Assembly: GCA_002269645.1 (NCBI GenBank)
Contig: NIVC01000344.1
Location: forward strand, 262,745-326,744
DNA from: Macrostomum lignano
Taxonomy: Eukaryota
Length of the DNA stretch: 64,000 nucleotides
Direction of reading: 5' to 3'
Part shown: piece by piece, positions 1-9,700 of the stretch
How positions within the stretch are numbered: the first letter of the stretch is position 1
Layout: each line of letters begins with the position of its first letter
Notes under the pieces: generated by a model
Databases searched by the model: none
What the model was told of the DNA's origin: nothing
The model's input: the letters and a program-made list of their open reading frames with translations, nothing else
Made by a program: the position numbers and the translations under genes

Positions 1-362
1 AATTGATCTCTCCCTGATCGCACCCTGTTAATAGCTGTTGCCTGCCTGAACTTGTATGATTATAATAAATTTGCTATTTAGTTCTGTAATCACTGCGCCT
101 ATTCAAATCTGTTGGAGTACCCGATTCGATTAATGCGTTCGCCTAATTTCTATCTGGACAGTTAATAAAATAGATAGCCTTATGCTATAATTATATTATC
201 TGAGCACTAACTACAGTAATATTGTACATGCCGTTCGTTGTGAGCAGACGATGTTTCTATTGCGGCTCTGTAAACTAATTGCTTTCTATTGTAATAAATC
301 TTTGTCTTTGATTATTTTTGTTTCATTTTCTAACGGACCAGATCTACCGTCCATTTGTATGT

Positions 363-1002
363 GTGCTTGCTTACTGTTGGCTATGTACATGCTACTGTTG
401 GCTATGTACATGCTACTGTTAGCTATGTACATGCTACTGTTAGCTATGTACATGCTACTGTTGGCTATGTACATGCTACTTTTGGCTATGTACATGCTAC
501 TGTTGGCTATGTTCATGCTACTGTTGGCTATGTACATGCTACTGTTGGCTATGTACATGCTGCTGTTGGCTATGTACATGCTACTGTTGGCTATGTACAT
601 GCTACTTTTGGCTATGTACATGCTACTGTTGGCTATGTTCATGCTACTGTTGGCTATGTACATGCTACTGTTGGCTATGTACATGCTACTGTTGGCTATG
701 TACATGCTACTGTTGGCTATGTACATGCTGCTGTTAGCTATGTACATGCTACTGTTGGCTATGTACATGCTACTGTTAGCTATGTACATGCTACTGTTGG
801 CTATGTACATGCTACTGTTAGCTATGTACATGCTACTGTTGGCTATGTACATGCTACTGTTGGCTATGTACATGCTACTGTTGGCTATGTACATGCTACT
901 GTTAGCTATGTACATGCTACTGTTGGCTATGTACATGCTACTGTTAGCTATGTACATGCTACTGTTGGCTATGTACATGCTACTGTTGGTTATGTACATG
1001 TG
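363..1002. repeat. 21-bp minisatellite CATGCTACTGTTGGCTATGTA
   Basis: Tandem array seen directly. Confidence 0.97.
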
Positions 1003-1139
1003 ACCATATGCTACGTACGACGTATGCAACATTAATAATTAACATTTCAAATATGCAATGAGAACATTTATGGTAGGAAATGCAGAGACGAGGGGATTAC
1101 TGAAGGCTAAAAAAGACGTACCACCATCTGCTTCTGGTC

Positions 1140-1259
1140 ACTGTACCACCGGAAAACTCTGGCACGGGAAGGGGCTTGGTCTCCGAAAGCAGCAGGGTAA
1201 AGTTTCAATGCACTTTCGTGAACAATCATGATACAAAAGTCTCGGCTTGTCAATTCCAT
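1140..1259 (-). mobile_element. Degenerate mariner transposase N-terminal HTH remnant
   Basis: MELTSRDFCIMI...AFGDQAPSRARVFRWY matches the mariner N-terminus pattern MEL...F..MI...AFGDEAPS...VF.W; internally deleted, no DDD domain nearby. Confidence 0.55.
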
Positions 1260-1814
1260 TGCAGTGAGTACAGTTTGGTACAGGGGTGTTGAACTCGAAT
1301 AATGATTGTGAAATATTGACAAGAGCACAGAGGTTCGAGAAACGAGTCGCATTGTGTCCGCATCAATTTCATCAGAATAGTTCAGCCTCATGGCACACTG
1401 TTTACACCTGAAAACTGCAGTGGCGGTGGCTGCAGCTGACGCAATGTGATATATCTATGAAAGTTGTGCCTATAATTAGTCCAGTTGCAATTACGTGTAG
1501 ATTGCGGCCAAACATGTGTCTTACAAAGTTTGAAAGCAAGCGAGCGCGGTCTGAGATAACAACAACCGTGTGCTTTCCTGAGGGGCGGGGGCTGTGCGCT
1601 TGTCCGAAGTTAAACTTGAATTCCTGTGCATGCAGCACTAGCTGGCAACTAACTGATTATTCCATTTTGCAAGCCTTAACTTTATACCCGCTTTAACTGT
1701 GACTTTTGCTGCTAGATAAAATTCAGTTAAAAAATTTACATTACGTAAAACTTTATTTTGCATTAATTGAATATTTCTGAGCCTTTGAGTGACAAATGAA
1801 CCCCAGTTGAGAAT

Positions 1815-3078
1815 AGCGGATAGAGGGGAAGAGAGGTGGGTGAGACAGATTGATGGGAAGAAAGGTGGATGATAGCAGATAGAGGGGAAGAGAGCTGGGT
1901 GAGACAGACTGATGGGAAGAAAGGTGGATGAGAGTAGATAGAGGGGAAGAGAGGTGAGTGAGAGCAGATAGAGGGGTAGATAGGTGAGTGAGAGCAGATA
2001 GAGGGGAAGAGAGGTGGGTGAGAGCAGATAGAGGGGAAGAGAGGTGAGTGAGAGCAGATAGAGGGGAAGAGAGGTGGGTGAGAGCAGATAGAGGGGTAGA
2101 TAGGTGGCTGAGAGCAGATAGAGGGGAAGAGAGGTGGGTGAGAGCAGATAGAGGGGTAGATAGGTGAGTGAGAGCAGATAGAGGGGTAGATAGGTGGGTG
2201 AGAGCAGATAGAGGGGAAGAGAGGTGGGTGAGAGCAGATAGAGGGGAAGAGAGGTGGGTGAGAGCAGATAGAGGGGTAGATAGGTGGGTGAGAGCAGATA
2301 GAGGGGTAGATAGGTGAGTGAGAGCAGATAGAGGGGAAGAGAGGTGGGTGAGAGCAGATAGAGGGGAAGAGAGGTGAGTGAGAGCAGATAGAGGGGAAGA
2401 GAGGTGGGTGAGAGCAGATAGAGGGGTAGATAGGTGGGTGAGAGCAGATAGAGGGGTAGATAGGTGGGTGAGAGCAGATAGAGGGGAAGAGAGGTGGGTG
2501 AGAGCAGATAGAGGGGAAGAGAGGTGAGTGAGAGCAGATAGAGGGGAAGAGAGGTGAGTGAGAGCAGATAGAGGGGAAGAGAGGTGGGTGAGAGCAGATA
2601 GAGGGGTAGATAGGTGGCTGAGAGCAGATAGAGGGGAAGAGAGGTGGGTGAGAGCAGATAGAGGGGTAGATAGGTGAGTGAGAGCAGATAGAGGGGTAGA
2701 TAGGTGGGTGAGAGCAGATAGAGGGGAAGAGAGGTGGGTGAGAGCAGATAGAGGGGAAGAGAGGTGGGTGAGAGCAGATAGAGGGGAAGAGAGGTGGGTG
2801 AGAGCAGATAGAGGGGTAGATAGGTGGGTGAGAGCAGATAGAGGGGTAGATAGGTGGGTGAGAGCAGATAGAGGGGTAGATAGGTGGGTGAGAGCAGATA
2901 GAGGGGTAGATAGGTGAGTGAGAGCAGATAGAGGGGTAGATAGGTGGGTGAGAGCAGATAGAGGGGAAGAGAGGTGGGTGAGAGCAGATAGAGGGGAAGA
3001 GAGGTGGGTGAGAGCAGATAGAGGGGAAGAGAGGTGGGTGAGAGCAGATAGAGGGGAAGAGAGGTGGGTGAGAGCAGA
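1815..3078. repeat. 30-bp purine-rich minisatellite GAGAGCAGATAGAGGGGAAGAGAGGTGGGT
   Basis: Period 30. Confidence 0.97.
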
Positions 3079-3394
3079 GGGAGAAACTGCACCAGGGAAT
3101 AAGCGAGTGCAGAAGTGATCAGAATTTCTAACAGTTCATCGGCAAAATGATATACAGTATATTTGCATCCCTATAAACAGTCGCCAAGTGATTCGAATAG
3201 CATATAGCCTATAGCTACTGTTACCATGGCAACGCAAACAAACAGCCAAGCCAGTGGGACTCGGCGCATTCCTAACAGCGTGACGTTTGGCCCAGAATTT
3301 GTGGGCTATCTAAAAAAAACATTTTGCGCAGACAAAAATCGAAGTTTCGAGCTACGAGTATATCTATATTGTTCGCCCTAGTAGCTATCTTATC

Positions 3395-3401
3395 TATATA
3401 A
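3395..3401 (+). promoter_or_regulatory. Candidate TATA box of CLCA
   Basis: TATATAA about 90 nt upstream of ATG 3492. Confidence 0.4.
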
Positions 3402-3491
3402 GCCCTTCGGTTTAATAAAAACCCAGAAATTGCCGAAACTAAGAAAATAGATTTTGTTGCGATTAAACCGCAACCGGCAGGAAAAATTGGC

Positions 3492-3659
3492 ATGACCAAT
3501 AATCGATTCTGGCTACTCCTAGCCCTGACTGTGGCCGGCAACTGCTGGCTCAGCACGGCGAGGGACATTGTCCTTGACAACAATGGCCGCTACAACGATG
3601 TCCTAGTGTCCGTGTCCCAGAACATCCCAGAGGACTGGGAACTGGTACAGAGAATCAAG
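3492..3659 (+). CDS. CLCA: CLCA exon 1 (signal peptide, IVLDNNGRYNDVLVSV)
   Basis: ATG 3492; donor AAG|gtgagt; 56 codons. Confidence 0.9.
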
Positions 3660-6367
3660 GTGAGTATCTGTGTGGGTAGATAGGGTTGCTCCTTTGGATG
3701 CCTCCAGATTAAAGCCACTGTACAGTCCACTCCCGTTCCATACTACAGTAGGTCACTCCCATTCCATACTACTGTATGTCACTCCCGTTCCATACTACAG
3801 TAGGTCACTCCCGTTCCATACTACTGTATGTCACTCCCATTCCATACTACTGTATGTCACTCCCATTCCATACTACTGTAGGTCACCCCCCTCTATTCCA
3901 TACTACAGTAGGTCACTCCCATTCCATACTACTGTATGTCACTCCCATTCCATACTACTGTAGGTCACCCCCCTCTATTCCATACTACAGTAGGTCACTC
4001 CCATTCCATACTACAGTAGGTCACTCCCATTCCATACTACAGTAGGTCACTCCCATTCCATACTTCAGTAGGTCACTCCCATTCCATACTACAACAGGTC
4101 ACTCCCATTCCATACTACTGTATGTCACTCCCATTCCATACTACTGTATGTCACTCCCATTCCATACTACTGTATGTCACTCCCATTCCATACTACTGTA
4201 GGTCACCCCCCTCTATTCCATACTACAGTAGGTCACTCCCATTCCATACTACAGTAGGTCACTCCCATTCCATACTACAGTAGGTCACTCCCATTCCATA
4301 CTTCAGTAGGTCACTCCCATTCCATACTACAGTAGGTGATCACTCCCATTCCATACTACAGTTGGTCACTACCTCTATGCAATACTACAGTAGGTCACTC
4401 CCATTCCATACTACAGTAGGTCACTCCCATTCCATACTACAGTAGGTCACTCCCTCTATTTCATACTACAGTAGGTCACTCCCTCTATTTCATACTACAG
4501 TAGGTCACTCCCATTCCATACTACTGTAGGTCACCCCCTCTATTCCATACTACAGTAGGTCACTCCCTCTATTCCATACTACAGCAGATGTAGGTCACTC
4601 CTCATGCAACAGTTTCAACCGTAGCATCCCATATCCCTAACAACAGGACGGCTTCCAGCAGGCCTCCCAGCGCCTCGCTGTCGCCAGTAGAATTAACGGC
4701 TCCCGCTCCTTCGCCTTCGGTCATGTGTACATCCTGGTGCCGCGGTCCTGGAGCAACCAGTCTGTCGACTCGAGCGCCACCTGGCACACGGAGGATGCGG
4801 CCCACTTCCGTGTCGATCAGAGGGGCAGCCAAATCCCCAACACCGTGCAGCCGGGCGACTGCGGGCAGCCGGGGCTGCACGTCAACCTGCACCGGGAGCA
4901 CCTGCGGGACACCAGCGCTGAAGACTGTGAGGCTTGCGGCCAGATCTGAGCGGGTTTTCGATGGGATTGTAGAAGGTGTCAGTTGTGTCTAAGTGAAAGT
5001 GTCAGTTGTGTCTAAGTGAGGATGTCAGACTTCTCCTGAAGAGGGTGTGTGTCCAATAATGTTTAAGATAATGTACCCATTTCTACAGATAATGTGTCTA
5101 TAAATGCTGCTTTATGGCATAATGCATGGGATAATGTATGGGATAATGTATGGGATAATGTCTGGGATAATGTATTAGATAATGCATGGGATAATGCATG
5201 TGATAATGTATAGGATAATGTATGGGACAATGTATATGGGATAATGTATGGGACAATGTATATGGGATAATGTGTGGGATAATGTATATGGGATAATGTG
5301 TGGGATAATATGTCGAAAATTCACCCCAACCGGCAGTGGGCAAGCAGCTGGTGCACGAGTTCGCCCACCTCCGCTGGGGAGTGTTCAACGAGTACAACGG
5401 AGCCTTGGGACCGCACGCCTTCCTGCACCAGGGCCGCCTGAGCCCCGTCCGCTGTTCGGCCAGCATCACGGGAAAGTTCGGGCACAAGGACACCGGAAAT
5501 CCGTGCAAAGTGGACCGCGTGACCCTGGAGCTGGAGCCCGACTGTCGCTTCATTTTGGACTCGGCTCAGACTGCTCAGGCATCGCTGATGTACACGACTT
5601 ACTTGGCCTCCGTGAGGCAGTTCTGCCAGCCGCCTTCAGGTAGCTTTGCTCAAATTATTATTTATTTGTTATCTACTCGTAGGTCGTAGCCTAGTGGTTA
5701 GAGCGTCAGACTTACGACTTGAAGGTCGGAGGTTCGATTCACGATCCCACTGAAGCAATTTCTGTCCTTGAGCAAGACACTTAACTCTGCATTGCTTCAG
5801 TTCACCCAGCTGTAAAATGGGTGCCAGCATTAGCTGGGGTAATTCAGGGTGTGTGGCGACCCCCCAGTCCTTGGACTGAACAGCCGTACGCAGCCTTCAG
5901 ATGCGCCGCGCAATAGCTGCGGCTGAGCTGTCGGTTGCACATCCTTAAAAAAGGATGATCCTGTGATCCTTGAAAGACCGGATTCGTGAATATAAATTTA
6001 CTTATTCGCGTCACCACTGTTTAAACTGCTACCGAGACTTTTTATTTTTGACTCGCAGGCGACCCGGACTTCGATCACAACGTGGCGGCGCCGAATCCGC
6101 AGAACCGGCGCTGCTACGGCCGCAGCGTCCAGTCCGTGATGCTGGAGCACGCCGACTACAAGAAGGCTATCGATGGCAGCGAGACTGACACCACCGTCAA
6201 CTTCACTGTAGTGCAGCCGCGGGGCGCTCGAAGGCTGGTCATCGTGATGGACGTCTCCGGAAGCATGGGCGTGAGTGTCTGTCTGCCTGCCTGCCTGTCT
6301 GTCTGTCTGCCTGACTGTCTGTCTGTCTGTCTGCCTGCCTGCCTGTCTGTCTGTCTGCCTGCCTGCC

Positions 6368-6420
<53 letters not shown>

Positions 6421-6455
6421 GCCTGCCTGCCTGTCTGTCTGTCTGCCTGCCTGCC

Positions 6456-6508
<53 letters not shown>

Positions 6509-6534
6509 GCCTGTCTGTCTGTGTGTCTGTCTGT

Positions 6535-6568
<34 letters not shown>

Positions 6569-6635
6569 CTGTTTGTCTGTCTGTCTGTCTGCCTGTCTGT
6601 CTGTCTGTCTGCCTGTCTGTCTGTCTGTCTGTCTA

Positions 6636-6732
<97 letters not shown>

Positions 6733-9700
6733 GTATCTATTCATTATCTTATCTATTATACTCATCAGACCAACCAAGGCGCTCCCCTGGCCAAGATGAA
6801 GATCGCAGTCCGCACGCTGCTGCTGGGGCTACTGGAAGACGGGATCCAGTGCGCCATGACCAGCTTCAGCACTTCGTCGACCCTCCTGCGCGACCTGGAT
6901 CCGCTGGACAGCGCGGCTATCCGCAGAGATTACTGGAGAATCGTTGCCGGCCTGACAGCCAGAGGCAGCACGGCAATTGGGGGCGCTCTGGCAGCCGCTA
7001 TGGAGGTGAATGACGAGACGGAATTTGGATTCTGAGATGTGGGATTATTTGGGATTTAGAGTAAGCAGCTAGGATCTGTGGAGTATTTGTGAGCCAAAAA
7101 GAAAGATGGAGGTTTTATCGTGGTTTAATAGAAGGAAATATGTGTTTAGTGAACTGAGGCCTAAATTAAATTCAATGTGAGTTTCAACTTTTAAGATTAA
7201 TGTGAGTTTAGTAGTAGACTTTTACGACTAATGTGAGTTTAATAGTAGACTTTTACGACTAATGTGAGTTTAATAGTAGACTTTTACGACTAATGTGAGT
7301 TTAATAGTAGACTTTTACGACTAATGTGAGTTTAATAGTAGACTTTTACGACTAATGTGAGTTTAAGTAGTAGACTTTTACGACTAATGTGAGTTTAATA
7401 GTAGACTTTTACGACTAATGTGAGTTTAGTAGTAGACTTTTACGACTAATGTGAGTTTAGTAGTAGACTTTTACGACTAATGTGAGTTTAGTAGTAGTCT
7501 TTTAGGATCTACTCGTATGTGAGTTAAGTAGCAGATTTTAGAATTTTAGAAGTTTAGTGCGGATAGGTAGGAGGTTTATGATGCAAAATTGGTCAGTTGC
7601 TATTTGAAAATTGAAGAGGTTTTCAAACATCCTTAAGCTTCCCTTGCTCGCATGCTGAAGATCAGAGATCCCATTTCTCCCCAATCAACAGCTGCTGGGA
7701 GCGGACATGAACCGGCCCAGCAAGGAGGACACAGGCTACATTTTGCTGCTGACTGACGGCATCGAGAACCACACGCCCAGATACACCCTGGCACAGGCGA
7801 CCGCCATCGCCGCTCGAACGTCAATCGTTGTGGACACGGTGGCGTTCGGCAGTCAGGCAGACAAGCGACTCGCCGAACTGTCGGCTGTGACTGGCGGCAA
7901 AGCCTACTTTGCCCGGTTCAACAGCCCAGCGAACGACCTGATGGAGGCCATGTCAGACATGGTCAGGGACCGGGTGGACACCTCGCAGAAACCTATCGAT
8001 GTGAGTTTGGTGAACGCAGGATTAGCGAGTTGGTAAATGCGGATTAGTGAGTTGGTGAATGCGGATTAGTGAGTTGGTGAATGCGGATTAGTGAGTTAGT
8101 GAATGCAGGATTAGCGAGTTGGTGAATGCGGATTAGTGAGTTGGTGAATGCAAGATTAGCGAGTGGTAAATGCAGATTAGTGAGTTGGTGAATGCAGGAT
8201 AAGCGAGTGGTAAATGCGGATTAGTGAGTTGGTGAATGCAGGATTAGCGAGTGGTAAATGCGGATTAGTGAGTTGGTGAATGCGGATTAGTGAGTTGGTG
8301 AATGCAGGATAAGCGAGTTGGTAAATGCGGATTAGTGAGTTGGTGAGTGCGGATTAGTGAGTTGGTGAATGCAGGATTAGCGAGTGGTAATTGCGGATTA
8401 GCGAGTTGGTGAATTCGGATTAATGAGTTGGTGAACGCAGGATTAGCGAGTTGGTAAATGCGGATTAGTGAGTTGGTGAATGCGGATTAGTGAGTTGGTG
8501 AATGCAGATTAGTGAGTTGGTGAATGCGGTATTAGCGAGTTGGTGAATGCAGATTAATGAGTTGGTGAATGCAGATTAGTGAGTTGGTGAATGCGGTATT
8601 AGCGAGTTGGTGAATGCGGATTTGCAAGTTGGTGAAGGCAGGAATAGTGAGCGTGAGATTATGAGATGGTGAAAGCCCCGGAATAGTCAACTGGTGACTG
8701 ATTTAAACTTGTTGGAAGCATGGAAATGCCAAGACAAATTAAACGGCAATCCGATGCCCGTGCGTTTGTACCATAAACATTCACAAACAGGTGTTCTCAA
8801 CGCCAGTGCCAGCCACCTTCACCGAGCACGTGGTCCTTGACGAGTCCATCAGCAAAGGTGCTCAGTTTACCCTGAGCTCACCGGCAGTCGCCGATATTAA
8901 GAACGCCGACCTGAGGGTTGTTTCGCCCAGCGGGGTTGAATACTCCAGCCTGAACGGCTCCAACTACCTCCGGGAGGAGACCGCCGGGGTCGTCAGCATC
9001 GGCACCGAGGGCAAAATCGAAGTGAGCCGTTCATTTCGACAACCCAATATTCCTTTCGGCAACCCAATACCCATTTCGGCAACCCAATACCCATTTCGGC
9101 AATCCAATACCCAGTTTGACAACTCAATACCCAGTTTGACAACCCAATACCCAGTTTGACAACTCAATACCCAGTTTGACAACCCAATACCCAGTTTGAC
9201 AACTCAATACCCAGTTTGACAACCCAATACCCAGTTTGACAACCCAATACCCAGTTTGACAACCCAATACCCAGTTTGACAACCCAATACCCAGTTTGAC
9301 AACCCAATACCCGATTCGGCAACCCAATACCCAGTTTGACAACCCAATACCCGATTCGGCAACCCAATACCCGATTCGGCAACCCAATACCCGATTCGGC
9401 AACCCAATACCCGATTCGGCAACCCAATACCCAGTTCGACAACCAAATACTTAATTCGGCAACCCATAGCTGCGAAACCGAAGAACTTCAAAAGCCGCTC
9501 TATTCCAGGCCGGCAGCTGGACCATTCATGGCGTCCGTAAGAGCCGCGACTTGCCCAAGCCGACCAACAACGGCCTGTCGCTGGTGGTCACCTCGCGGCC
9601 AACGGACGCGGCGCCTATCATCCTGGACGGTTTGGTCAGCCCAGCTAAGCTGGTGCTTCGGGCTGACACTCGGGTTTCGGTGTTCGCCACGCTCAGCCAG

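Noticed and set aside
251-3118. Long ORFs (250, 248, 226 and 484 aa) of repeating peptides
   Set aside because: They are translations of stop-free 21-bp and 30-bp minisatellites, open on several frames and strands, with no splice or domain support.
5682-5750. Possible tRNA gene
   Set aside because: The acceptor stem does not close properly and the sequence continues into a CORE-like SINE body; called as a SINE.
6271-6768. CLCA intron 4 is 498 nt, in frame and stop-free (ORF 6082-7035)
   Set aside because: The read-through is (TCTG)n encoding SVCL repeats in the middle of the vWA fold. Canonical splice sites flank it, so this is coincidental.
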